Source of the DNA: Sulfolobales archaeon
GTDB lineage: Archaea > Thermoproteota > Thermoprotei_A > Sulfolobales > NBVN01
Direction: 5' to 3'
Assembly: GCA_038841535.1 (NCBI GenBank)
Contig: JAWBTQ010000001.1
Span: 96,001 to 160,000 of the forward strand
DNA length: 64,000 nucleotides
Part shown: in pieces, positions 21,005-30,655 of the stretch
Layout of the letters: the number at the start of each line of letters is the position of its first letter
How positions within the stretch are numbered: the first letter of the stretch is position 1
Notes under the pieces: model-generated
Databases searched by the model: none
Told to the model about the DNA's origin: nothing
Seen by the model: only the letters and a program-made list of their open reading frames with translations
Made by a program: the position numbers and the translations under genes

Positions 21005-21694
21005 TTACTCTCGCCTCCCCATCCAGCTCACCTCCCTCCACATCAGCAGTCTCAGGCCTAGGATTATAGTTCCTAGACCGGCACCTATAGTGATTGGCCT
21101 AAAGGCAGCAGTGTTTGGAACGGTCATTATCCAGTCCCTCAGGGGTAAGAAGCCGGGCCAGATCAGCCCACCAACAGTGGTGTTTCCGAAGATTACGATG
21201 AGTGCTGTAACGAGGAGCAGTAAAGCCATCGGGTTTCTGACTCTAAAAGCTCTATACGAAGCTGAAGCTATGTAGAAAACTAGTATTGAATACATAGCAG
21301 CATCGGCTGGAGCGTAGACGTTGAGATACAGCCATCTAAACTGAGGCTGAGTAGTTATCGTTATGCCTGCCTTAGGGTCGACATAGCTGAGGAACCAGCC
21401 GTACAAAGCGAAGAGAACCATGACCATGAGCAGTCCTATGGTAACCGCACTGAATGGTGCCTGCTTTAGGCCTTCCCTCTTTAACCTTACCAGGTGGAAC
21501 CTCAGTATATCGGTTCCTCCAACTATTAGAGCGAAGCTCGTGATAATTACGGCCCAATCACTCAGTGCTTTATCGGCTGTAGTGAAAGATTCTGCGATAT
21601 TTTTATTAATGTAGAGATAGTAGAAGGCAACTGTTAGTATTACTATGGTCGTAACAATGAGCTGGGGGATGTGTCTCCTGACAACTATACTCAT
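21005..21694 (-). CDS. Uncharacterised polytopic membrane protein
   Basis: About 6 transmembrane segments; YIASASYRAFRVRN, WIMTVPNTAAFRPITIGAGLG. Confidence 0.8.
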   Translation of the reverse strand: MSIVVRRHIPQLIVTTIVILTVAFYYLYINKNIAESFTTADKALSDWAVIITSFALIVGGTDILRFHLVRLKREGLKQAPFSAVTIGLLMVMVLFALYGWFLSYVDPKAGITITTQPQFRWLYLNVYAPADAAMYSILVFYIASASYRAFRVRNPMALLLLVTALIVIFGNTTVGGLIWPGFLPLRDWIMTVPNTAAFRPITIGAGLGTIILGLRLLMWREVSWMGRRE

Positions 21695-21698
21695 ATCC

Positions 21699-22592
21699 TC
21701 ACCCTACCTTCCATACCCAGTTGAGGGCATCTACCAGCTTGTAGCCTCCGAAGAGCAGCAATACCCCTAAGACGATTAGCACTATCGAGAGAACCTTACC
21801 TATGTCTTGACCCCTTATCGAGGCAAGAGTCTCCTTATCTCCCGATGCTAGTGCTCCTGCTGCAAATATTTCCTCGCCTATGAAGGAGTAGTCTGCTACC
21901 AAAACGAAGAACGGTATCTGAGTCTCTCTAGCTGTTCCTGCTATCTGAAAAGCGTTCACCATGTTTCCTGCCTCCATAAATATTAGGGACTCAGCGTAGA
22001 AGGGACCTACGACTATGTTGGCACCGACTCTTTCTCTAATCAGTGTTGCCTGAACAGCTGAGGCGTAAGCAAACTGCTGGTCTGTTAAGTACCTCACGTT
22101 ATATGTAGGGTCATAGAGCTCCGGTCTACTGGAGGAATAGTAGCCCTCTCTAACTATCTCTTCTGTCGTAGCTATTGCCTCAGGTACACCTAGAGTGGCG
22201 ATTAGCTTTGCTCCGTACCTACCGCACAATCTAGCAACGTGCGACAGTACCCCTAGGCCAGCGATAAATTGCGGTGCCATAGCAGACGATATGGTTCCAA
22301 AGCCAAAAGTCATGTGTACGGGCCTACCCATTTCAACTGATCTAGCTACAGCCTCCTCTATAGCATCAAAAGCAGGTATCTTTCTCACGGGAAATTCCTT
22401 ACCTATCTTAGCTTCAGACATAAAGATGTAGCCTACTACTAGCAAAGCTAGGAGTATTAAGAAGGCCGAAAAAGGAGCACGCGTTGAATAGAGCTGAACT
22501 CCTCGCAACCAGCTGATACCAGACACAACAGCTATGAGTACCAAAACAGCAATAGCCAATAATACCCCTAAAGAGGTCTTCAGATACGTCAC
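21699..22592 (-). CDS. DUF6754-like membrane protein, first gene of a five-gene operon
   Basis: RKIPAFDAIEEAVARSVEMGRPV, FYAESLIF.E.G, QIAGT, QIPFF...DY..IGEEIFAAGA, GQDIGK; family name from recollection. Confidence 0.75.
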   Translation of the reverse strand: MTYLKTSLGVLLAIAVLVLIAVVSGISWLRGVQLYSTRAPFSAFLILLALLVVGYIFMSEAKIGKEFPVRKIPAFDAIEEAVARSVEMGRPVHMTFGFGTISSAMAPQFIAGLGVLSHVARLCGRYGAKLIATLGVPEAIATTEEIVREGYYSSSRPELYDPTYNVRYLTDQQFAYASAVQATLIRERVGANIVVGPFYAESLIFMEAGNMVNAFQIAGTARETQIPFFVLVADYSFIGEEIFAAGALASGDKETLASIRGQDIGKVLSIVLIVLGVLLLFGGYKLVDALNWVWKVG

Positions 22593-22873
22593 CTCACCAC
22601 TATCTTAATAACTAAGATTAAAAACTTTATACGATTAAAGCTTCAGAGTACTTTAAGAAAACGTTTCCACGAAATGAGCAGAAATAATTTAGTTGCCATA
22701 TTTATTGTAATCGTTTACGTTCTCTCTCAGAAACTTAGTCAGCGCTTCAAGGGCTCTTTAGTGAAGGACTCCGGCTATCAATACTTATATGAGCCCACAT
22801 GATACGGAAGATGAAGGGTTTCTTAGCTGTTTCACTGCGATATTTATCGAAGGTTACGCAATGTCTTTAAGTC

Positions 22874-23084
22874 GTGATGAGTGTAGCGCCTTTGCTGGTT
22901 CGGGGCGGCACCGACAGCCAACACCAGAGCTGCTCAGAGGATGAATAAGGAGATTTAGATGTGGGCCCCGCCCCGTTGTGCTCGAAGAGGGGTCGTGACT
23001 CTCGCACATAATGGCTTGTAGCCACGATGAGCTGCTGACAAAATCCCAACTGACCCAGAAAACCTAGAGAAACCTTGGGGTCGG
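22874..23084 (+). mobile_element. Non-autonomous IS607/TnpB-derived mini-element with omegaRNA-like scaffold (type A, copy 1)
   Basis: Shares GTGATGAGxGTAG, TAGATGTGxGCCCCG..CCGTTGxGCTCGAA, TGGCTxGTAGCCACGxTGA and GAAAACCTAxAGAAACCT with the 32.5 kb element. Confidence 0.7.
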
Positions 23085-23201
23085 TAGCCCTGCGGTAACC
23101 TGGCTCTACCTTCAGCATCCCCTAGTTTTGCATAGAGTCTCTCTAAAGTTTCACGAAAGTTCGTATATACTATTTAGGTAGATACTAACCGAGGTGTAAC
23201 T

Positions 23202-23729
23202 GTGAACAAGGGAACTGTTACACTAGTTTCAGCAGTCGCTCTAGCTTTAGCGGCTCTGCTAGCTACGGGTGCTGTACTGGCTTACGCCAAAAGTGCGAAC
23301 GAAAGATGGATGCTCGGAGGACCTGCCGCAGGCATGTTAAACTGGATTGGTCAGCAGACAAACTGTAACTTAACTAATAAACCAGCAAACCTTCTCAGAA
23401 TGAGGCTGCTCTACGAGAAAATGAGGTTCGCAAAAAGTCTTGGACCACGAGTCGAGATGAGTGAGGAATATAGGGAAAAGGTCCTCAGGATAACTACAGA
23501 GGATGCTGATGTAGCTAAACTCCTAGAGAATGGCTATAACATAACAAGTATAAAACCTATCATTAAGGCGTATGTAGAAGCAGACGGATCAGTTAGTCTT
23601 AGAGCTGACGAGGCTCTAGTTATATTGCGCAAAGAGAAGAGTATCGCGGCAGTTTTAGTGAATCTAAAGGAGGAAAAAGTAGCTAAGATAGCGATCTACT
23701 CCTTTTCGGTAACCGTAATAGAGAAGTAG
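23202..23729 (+). CDS. Hypothetical exported protein
   Basis: N-terminal signal-like hydrophobic stretch ending AYA; followed by a T-rich tract. Confidence 0.7.
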   Translation: MNKGTVTLVSAVALALAALLATGAVLAYAKSANERWMLGGPAAGMLNWIGQQTNCNLTNKPANLLRMRLLYEKMRFAKSLGPRVEMSEEYREKVLRITTEDADVAKLLENGYNITSIKPIIKAYVEADGSVSLRADEALVILRKEKSIAAVLVNLKEEKVAKIAIYSFSVTVIEK

Positions 23730-23865
23730 ATTAAGGTATTAGCCAACCGAACAGTACAATGTTATTTTTATCTTTAATGGATTCTTCTGCTTTATTCTCT
23801 TACCCACTCACGTTCTCGTTTTACTGTATTTAGTATATTATACCTTATACATACCGTATTGTGGT

Positions 23866-24762
23866 ATGTATGTAGTTAGACCCTTCGATCCCTGGCGGTC
23901 TCCCCTGTGTACCTGCCCTGCTAAGTACGTGCTTCATCCTTACACGGGGTGTGGACATAGGTGCTTATACTGCTATGCTAGTAGCTACATACGCGACTTC
24001 TTTAATCCGAGGCCTAAGAAGGGCTTAGGAAGTAAGCTGGTCAGAGACCTCGAAATACTTTCTTCAGGTAGTGTAATCGAAGTATCTACGAGTAGCGACC
24101 CCTATACACCACCGGAGGAAAACCTACTACTTACTCGGGAAGCCATCTTGGAGATATTAAAGCGGGGCTACAGATTGCTTATAACGACTAAGAGCACTCT
24201 GATTCTTAGAGACCTCGACCTCTTAGCAAAGTATAGAGATAGAGTAGCTGTAGCTATCACTATTACCACTTTAGACAGTAAAATTGCCGCAGTTCTAGAG
24301 CCGGGCGCCCCCGAAGTATCAGAAAGACTTAAGGTAGTGAAACTGCTGAGTAAGTCTGAAATACCAACACTCGTTAGAGTGGACCCGATAGTACCCTACA
24401 TTAACGACGATTTCTCGGAAATAGCCAAGTTGGTGGATCATGTAGCTAGTGCTGGCGCTATTCAAGTCACTAGCTCAACCTATAAGGCTAGGCCGGATAG
24501 CCTGAGAAGACTGCTAAAGGCTTTTCCAGAGATTTCTTCACTATTGTTAGAGTCCTATAGGGCTGGTGAGAAAGTGGCGGGATACAGGTATCTGAAGAGA
24601 GAAGTTCGCCGCGAGTACATGAAGAGCGTGAGAGATGCTGCCGTAAGAGCTGGTTTAGCGTTTAATACGTGTAGAGAGGGATTTCATGAGCTAGCCTCGA
24701 AGGGCTTTAGTTGCGATGGCTCCTCACTCATAGGTAGATATCGGTCAGCCGTTAAGGCCTAG
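23866..24762 (+). CDS. Radical SAM protein (SplB-like paralog)
   Basis: RPFDPWRSPLCTCP, HPYTGCGHRCLYCYA, SDPY, TKS, LEPGAP, CREG, CDGS. Confidence 0.88.
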   Translation: MYVVRPFDPWRSPLCTCPAKYVLHPYTGCGHRCLYCYASSYIRDFFNPRPKKGLGSKLVRDLEILSSGSVIEVSTSSDPYTPPEENLLLTREAILEILKRGYRLLITTKSTLILRDLDLLAKYRDRVAVAITITTLDSKIAAVLEPGAPEVSERLKVVKLLSKSEIPTLVRVDPIVPYINDDFSEIAKLVDHVASAGAIQVTSSTYKARPDSLRRLLKAFPEISSLLLESYRAGEKVAGYRYLKREVRREYMKSVRDAAVRAGLAFNTCREGFHELASKGFSCDGSSLIGRYRSAVKA

Positions 24763-25248
24763 TGCCACTCTGTACTCTTTGCTTAGAGTTTCCAGCTTCT
24801 TCAGTATGCCTGGGTCTCTCTCTATAATCTCACTCACTAGACTGAGGTACCTCGCGGCTCTCACCGCATCAGGAGATACTCTAACGAGCTCTTTCCCATT
24901 TACAACCACGAAGTGCTCTTTACTTAATCTTTCACCCAGTATGTATTCTGATTCATTAGCACTCGCATGCAATGTGAAGCAGTGAGGACTTCCGTCTATA
25001 GTAACTATGGTAATCCTCCTCGGCCGTGACGACCTGATAATACTCGCTATCTTACCGTAGTGAGTCGGATTCTCGCGCTCAGGACAGGCAAGCAGTACTG
25101 TTTTTCCTTGTGAAAGCTGCTTGAATAACTCCGGGTTAACTACAGGTAGGCACGCTGAAACTATTAAGATATCTGAGTTCGCCAACACTGGTGCTTTAAC
25201 CCACGTACTCCACAACCAAGAACAAGAACCGCACTCCATTTTTACCAC
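24745..25248 (-). CDS. Cys-containing putative Fe-S protein coupled to thiC
   Basis: CGSC, VSAC, LLACPE and GSPHC motifs; start overlaps the thiC stop. Confidence 0.65.
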   Translation of the reverse strand: MVKMECGSCSWLWSTWVKAPVLANSDILIVSACLPVVNPELFKQLSQGKTVLLACPERENPTHYGKIASIIRSSRPRRITIVTIDGSPHCFTLHASANESEYILGERLSKEHFVVVNGKELVRVSPDAVRAARYLSLVSEIIERDPGILKKLETLSKEYRVALGLNG

Positions 25249-26582
25249 ACCAAGCTACCACCTTCTCCATATCTCTCCAGTAACTCATCTGTCTTCAGCT
25301 CTCTTCCACTTACGTACTTCGATAACAAGAGAAACACGCAGTACTGACCACACATAGTGCATGAACCCAAATCCTGCTGAAACTGCGTCTTCAGTTTCGC
25401 AGCCCTCTCCGGGTCGTAGGATCTCGACAACTGGTAGTCCCAGTCTAGAGAAGCTCTCCTTATGCTCATTTCAATGTCTTCGTAGGCTACCTTCCTACCT
25501 AACTTTACTAGGTCACCGGCGTGAGCAGCTATTTTAGCTGCTATCAGACCCTCTTTCACTTGCTCTACTCCGGGTAGCCCTAGGTGCTCTGATGGTGTGA
25601 GGTAGCATATGAGGTCCGCACCTGCGGCTGCCGCTATAGCGGCTCCTATGGCTGAGGCTATGTGGTCGTACCCTACTGCAACATCTGTGACTAGTGGACC
25701 GAGTACGTAGTAGGGTACACCACCACTGAGGGACTTCATCAGCCTCACATCTGCGACTACTTTGTCTAAGGTCATGTGCCCTGGTCCCTCTATCATTACC
25801 TGGACCCCCCTACTTACCGCATCTCTAGCTAGCCTAGAGTTGTTCAATAGCTCCCCGATCTGTAGCTCGTCGTGAGCGTCAGCTGTAGCACCAGGCCTCA
25901 AAGCGTCACCTAGGCTTATCACGGCATCGTACTCTCTAAATAGCTCTACCAGGTAATCCCAGTGCTTTAAGTACGGGTTTTCCTCGCTGTTCTCTATCAT
26001 CCAAACGGCTATCATGCTCCCACCTCTACTGACTATCGGAGCGACTCTGCGGCTCTTTACAGACTTTCTAGCTAAGTCTAGAGTAATTCCAGCATGTATT
26101 GTCATGAAGTCTACTCCGTCCTTTAGGTGCTTCTCTACAACCGATAGAAACCACTCCGAAGGTATGCCGACACCTCCATACTTTCTAATACCTTCAATCC
26201 AAGCTTGATATGTAGGCACCGTACCGAACGGTACTCCTTCAGAAGCTCCTAGTAGCCTTGCTCTAATCTCGTCTAGGTTACCACCAGTACTTAAGTCCAT
26301 TAGTGTATCTGCTCCAAGCTTTACTGCCGTCTTAACCTTCTCGACCTCTAAGTCGACGTTGACTATCGTGCCACTCGTTCCAACGTTTACGTTTACTTTA
26401 GTCCTCAATCCCTCCCCTACTGCTGCGGGTCTCACTTTAGGTCTTCTGCTGTTTCTTACGATAATTACTCTACCTAGACCTACCCTCTTCTTAAGGGTCT
26501 CATAGTCTATGCCCTCAGATTTCGCTATACCGACTAGCTCGCTTATACTGTTACTGTTTCTAGCTTCAGTTATTATACCCAA
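25242..26582 (-). CDS. thiC: Phosphomethylpyrimidine synthase ThiC
   Basis: [55 protein letters not shown]. Confidence 0.96.
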   Translation of the reverse strand: MGIITEARNSNSISELVGIAKSEGIDYETLKKRVGLGRVIIVRNSRRPKVRPAAVGEGLRTKVNVNVGTSGTIVNVDLEVEKVKTAVKLGADTLMDLSTGGNLDEIRARLLGASEGVPFGTVPTYQAWIEGIRKYGGVGIPSEWFLSVVEKHLKDGVDFMTIHAGITLDLARKSVKSRRVAPIVSRGGSMIAVWMIENSEENPYLKHWDYLVELFREYDAVISLGDALRPGATADAHDELQIGELLNNSRLARDAVSRGVQVMIEGPGHMTLDKVVADVRLMKSLSGGVPYYVLGPLVTDVAVGYDHIASAIGAAIAAAAGADLICYLTPSEHLGLPGVEQVKEGLIAAKIAAHAGDLVKLGRKVAYEDIEMSIRRASLDWDYQLSRSYDPERAAKLKTQFQQDLGSCTMCGQYCVFLLLSKYVSGRELKTDELLERYGEGGSLVW

Positions 26583-26705
26583 CGGTCTCGACCGTGATAA
26601 GTTCTTGGGCTACCTTATATATGACCTGGTTCTAGAGCATTTAAAACCGAGTTATAGACGTGATGCCGATGCTGCGAAACGTAACTTATTTAGCTGTATG
26701 GAATA

Positions 26706-27653
26706 GTGCATTCTTTGGGACGCAGGTTGCTGCCAGGACTCGAGAAATACCTAAGCGATGAGCGCTCTGGCTACGCTATGCTAGTCGCAGGTCCTCAGTA
26801 CCCACACACTTGCTCCTCATTCGAGTATCCAGCTAGGTACACTATGTCTATCAAGGAGAACTCCGACACATCTCTACTATTCGTAGTCCTTAGGGGAAGA
26901 GATAGAGTTGAAGACATTAACTGGAGGGTTTATGTCAATGAAGTAAAAGTATCTAGAGTGTTCAAACCGCAACACTCCCTCGAGATACGAGGCGACCTGT
27001 ACTACGTATACGTTGCCGACGTTTCACCAATCACTAAGAGCACCAATACTGTTGAGCTCTTAGTAAAGTGCCACGCTAGAGACGTGCGCATAGAGTCGAC
27101 GGGTCTAGTGGCTCTCCTTCCTGGGGAGCTTCAAAGTAGGGTTGGTGTTTACGTAGGCGTCTCTAGAATCGAAAAAGAGTACAGCCTCTACGTTGGTGAG
27201 TACGGCTTCTCTGTTGTCAGTATAGTTGGTCGCGGAAACGGTGGGACTATTACTAGTAATGGTATGTCGAAAAAAGTCAACAACTCATTTGAGATTTCAG
27301 AGCTACTCTCCAACAACAGAATAGACATTGCAGGACCAGTAAACGTGTATGCTATGGTTGTAAACGCTTATGCTGGTAAACCACCAGATATTTCCATACC
27401 CAGTATCATAGTAGAGCCAGAGAAAGTCAAGTTGATACTAACTAACACCGGTGACTACGCAATCAGTAACGTCGAGCTGAAGCTCCTGCGTGGTACGCAA
27501 GCAGTTCAAAGGCTAACTATGAGGAAGATAGGGCCTAGAGAAAGTAGTGAGGTAGAATTAAATAAACCAGCACCTGGGGCTACAGCAATAAAAATAGCAT
27601 ACGAGTTTTCTGGTTACGTCTTCACGCGAGTAATTCAGCTAAGTCAGCCTTGA
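26706..27653 (+). CDS. Hypothetical beta-rich protein with a C-terminal CARDB/Ig-like segment
   Basis: Long ORF; LILTNTGDYAISNVEL...IGPRESSEV resembles an Ig-like strand pattern. Confidence 0.6.
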   Translation: MHSLGRRLLPGLEKYLSDERSGYAMLVAGPQYPHTCSSFEYPARYTMSIKENSDTSLLFVVLRGRDRVEDINWRVYVNEVKVSRVFKPQHSLEIRGDLYYVYVADVSPITKSTNTVELLVKCHARDVRIESTGLVALLPGELQSRVGVYVGVSRIEKEYSLYVGEYGFSVVSIVGRGNGGTITSNGMSKKVNNSFEISELLSNNRIDIAGPVNVYAMVVNAYAGKPPDISIPSIIVEPEKVKLILTNTGDYAISNVELKLLRGTQAVQRLTMRKIGPRESSEVELNKPAPGATAIKIAYEFSGYVFTRVIQLSQP

Positions 27654-27931
27654 AATATTAAGTACACTTCACGAACCTCCTGAGATCCACTCTCACAAGT
27701 ACTGCTGGACTGAAGTGTACATCTGAAGACGCGACGTAATTTAGAAGTACTTACCGCATCTAACTGCTGAACTACTTATGGAGGGCATTTGCTATATTCG
27801 CATGTATTCCTGAGTCCTGATGCTCTCTAGCACCTAGATACCTACTTCGTTCACGTAAATAGTATTCCTGCTATCCATAAGCTAGCAACTATGGTCACTA
27901 ATAGCGGGAACTCTTTGAAGGGGCACGAAAG

Positions 27932-28008
<77 letters not shown>

Positions 28009-28062
28009 CATCTTACACATTTAATATCTTTAGTTTTAAGCTTTAAGTATTGGAGGCCTAGT

Positions 28063-28587
28063 GTGTCTATAAGGGTAGCTTATAGTGCGCTTAGAAGGAA
28101 GAACTCTAAAGAACTAGTCGAGAAATTCTGCGAGTTATATCCTAGAGCCTGCTTGAGTTTGGGGGCAAGTTCTACATCGCTAGTTTACGCAGCTGTATTC
28201 GATGGTGAAGTGATTTACGTAATAGATGGAGTCCCAGCAGCATTTAAGAGTGGGGAAATACTAGCTCCAACACTTGTTTCTGCTAGGATGACTGGAATCG
28301 AGGCATTTCACTACGCTGTCGTAGATGAGGGAGCTGTTAAACCGATACTCAATGGAGCTGACGTCATGGCTCCAGGAATATTGAGAGTAAGTGACTTTAG
28401 TGCTGGTGTTATCGTAGTCGTTTGGTCTAGAGACGAGAAAACACCTCTTGCTGTAACTCAAGCACTTATGGGTTCAAGTGAAGTGGTATCCAAGCGTAGG
28501 GGTAAGGCCTTAAAGAACTTGCACTACGCTGGTGACGGTATATGGAGGGTGTCTCTTGAAGTATTAAAGAAGTTCGGGAAAGTGTGA
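28063..28587 (+). CDS. PUA domain RNA-binding protein (DUF1947/PUA); true start GTG 28063
   Basis: VVDEGAVKPILNGADVMAPGI, GKALKNLHYAGD; the longer ORF overlaps tRNA-Ala. Confidence 0.88.
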   Translation: MSIRVAYSALRRKNSKELVEKFCELYPRACLSLGASSTSLVYAAVFDGEVIYVIDGVPAAFKSGEILAPTLVSARMTGIEAFHYAVVDEGAVKPILNGADVMAPGILRVSDFSAGVIVVVWSRDEKTPLAVTQALMGSSEVVSKRRGKALKNLHYAGDGIWRVSLEVLKKFGKV

Positions 28588-28637
28588 TCTTTGATTAAGG
28601 TTTATAAGCCCTATCATACGAATTTGAAGGGTCTGCT

Positions 28638-28865
28638 ATGAGCGATGCTGCTCAGCGCTTACTAGGTGAGAACTTAGGTCAAGACGTGCTAGTTAAGCTG
28701 AGATCGAGCGAGTTAGTTAGGGGAAAGCTGAAAGGCTTTGACCAACACTTAAATATCGTACTAGAAGATGCCTACGAGCTAGCGGAAAACAAACCAAGAA
28801 GACTGGGTACGGTAGTGATAAGGGGAGAAAACATAGTAATGATATCTCCAGCAACCACTGGGTGA
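28638..28865 (+). CDS. Sm-like archaeal protein SmAP1 (Lsm)
   Basis: [29 protein letters not shown]; upstream of L37e. Confidence 0.95.
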   Translation: MSDAAQRLLGENLGQDVLVKLRSSELVRGKLKGFDQHLNIVLEDAYELAENKPRRLGTVVIRGENIVMISPATTG

Positions 28866-28869
28866 GAAC

Positions 28870-29055
28870 GTGAAGGGTACTCCCTCGATGGGCAAGAGAA
28901 GCAAGGGAAAGACTCACATAAGGTGTAGAAGATGTGGAAGACACTCGTATAACGTAGCTAAAGGTTACTGCGCTGCTTGCGGTTTCGGGAGGAGTAGGAG
29001 GCTTAGGAGGTACTCATGGGCCTCTAAGAAAGTAAACAGAGTTAGAGTTAAATAG
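28870..29055 (+). CDS. rpl37e: 50S ribosomal protein L37e
   Basis: [28 protein letters not shown]. Confidence 0.97.
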   Translation: MKGTPSMGKRSKGKTHIRCRRCGRHSYNVAKGYCAACGFGRSRRLRRYSWASKKVNRVRVK

Positions 29056-29067
29056 TGGTATATTGAA

Positions 29068-29325
29068 ATGCCCCTCAAAAAGATAGTTCTCGACGTGCTT
29101 AAGACCATAAAAGGCACTTCACTAGTAGAACTTGCTGAAATGATCGTTAGACTAAATGGTGTAAGCAAAATATCAATTAACGTAAGTGAAGTAGACGTAG
29201 AAACCATAACCCTCAACGTCACTATCGAGGGTAACAACATAGACTTTTCTGAAGTAAGAGATATCATAGAGAAAGCTGGAGGCGTCATCCACAGCATAGA
29301 TTACGTTACAGCTGAGAAAGATTAA
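29068..29325 (+). CDS. DUF211 family protein
   Basis: IVLDVLK, EVDVET, IEG..IDF, GGVIHSID. Confidence 0.85.
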   Translation: MPLKKIVLDVLKTIKGTSLVELAEMIVRLNGVSKISINVSEVDVETITLNVTIEGNNIDFSEVRDIIEKAGGVIHSIDYVTAEKD

Positions 29326-29346
29326 GCAAAACTAGTCGACTATAAA

Positions 29347-30486
29347 ATGGTGCTAGGAGAACTAGCTCTAATACTACTCTGTGTCGCACTATCTCACATA
29401 GCCTCTCTACCTCTCCTACTGCTTAAGCTACCTCCAATACCAGCCTACATAGCTGTTGGCATTCTGTTGCGCTCTACTCCTTTCAATATCTCTGGAATAA
29501 TCTGGGAGAACTTGGTCGGCTTCTCGCTAGTTTTCGTGGGTCTCCACGCCGGATTGTCGTCTAAGATCAAGCGAGATAGTATAAAGAGAATTGCGCTAGT
29601 ATCTCTAGTTAATGTCGGTGTTTCCGCAGCAGCTGTTTACATTTTCCTAGCTCTTCTGACAGGTGACTTCATCAAGAGCCTTTTAATGAGTGTACTGCTA
29701 GCTAATACCGCTACCGAGGGGGTACTGAGCTTGTCTAGGTACACTAAGCATAAGAGCGACGCAGAGATCGCTCTAGAAATATCTATCGGAGACGATATCG
29801 CAGTACTCTTGCTTTCCACTGTAGTTCTAGCACTCATAGGTACCCAGCAGACTTACGAGATATTGCTCGCTACCTTAGTTATAGCAGGTGTCACTATATT
29901 CCTCAGCGTGTTTTTAAAGAAGAATGTTGACCGAGCTATACTTAACACTATATCCATAGCAACTCTCTTCATTCTCATCGCTTTAACAGTAGATAATATA
30001 GGGCCACTAGTGGGGGGATACGTAGTTGGTATAGTACTAAGCTCTACGGCATCTTCAGGTGACCCGCTTTTAAAGGTAGCTAGAAACGTTGAAGCCTTAG
30101 TTGACGGACTGGAGCACGTTAACAGCTTAGTGTTTCTACCTCTAGTGTTCACGTATATAGGGCTGGGAGTCAGCATATCTGGGGCTAGCACACAGCTAGT
30201 TTGGTTAGGCTTACTTGGGGCTGTACTCGGAAAACATGCGGCTACCTCAGTATTGAAGAAGATAAATCTCGTGACTCCACTTAGTACTCGCGAAGTTGCG
30301 GCACTAATTACGGTCAGGGGCTCCCTAGAGTCAGCAATAGCTTTAACAGCACTAAAGTCTAAACTATTTACAGCTGAAGAGTTTGCGGCATTAATCATAA
30401 TATCTCTCTTAACTTACCCTATTTCAACAGCACTAGTAGCACTTAGCAGAAGGTCTATCTCGAAAGTGTTGCAAGTACTTACTTAG
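29347..30486 (+). CDS. Cation:proton antiporter (CPA2-like)
   Basis: About 12 transmembrane segments, SIGDD motif, FLPLVFTYIG, VRG. Confidence 0.8.
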   Translation: MVLGELALILLCVALSHIASLPLLLLKLPPIPAYIAVGILLRSTPFNISGIIWENLVGFSLVFVGLHAGLSSKIKRDSIKRIALVSLVNVGVSAAAVYIFLALLTGDFIKSLLMSVLLANTATEGVLSLSRYTKHKSDAEIALEISIGDDIAVLLLSTVVLALIGTQQTYEILLATLVIAGVTIFLSVFLKKNVDRAILNTISIATLFILIALTVDNIGPLVGGYVVGIVLSSTASSGDPLLKVARNVEALVDGLEHVNSLVFLPLVFTYIGLGVSISGASTQLVWLGLLGAVLGKHAATSVLKKINLVTPLSTREVAALITVRGSLESAIALTALKSKLFTAEEFAALIIISLLTYPISTALVALSRRSISKVLQVLT

Positions 30487-30655
30487 CCTTTCAGATAGAA
30501 TTTTGCGCGTATACAGTAAAAAGCATGTCAGCTCTCCCTCACTCCACCACTTATTAATTATCGTGATATGACTTTCTGAGGACTTGAGAGAGGATCGGGC
30601 TTTTCTATGCTGCTAGTTACGTGAACAAAAAAGAGCTTGGCTTAGAGGTTCCCGC

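Noticed and set aside
22874-22935. Canonical C/D box sRNA
   Set aside because: A box C-like GTGATGA is present, but no properly spaced D'/C'/D boxes follow.
26583-26705. TPP riboswitch upstream of thiC
   Set aside because: No CUGAGA or other TPP consensus elements on the minus strand.
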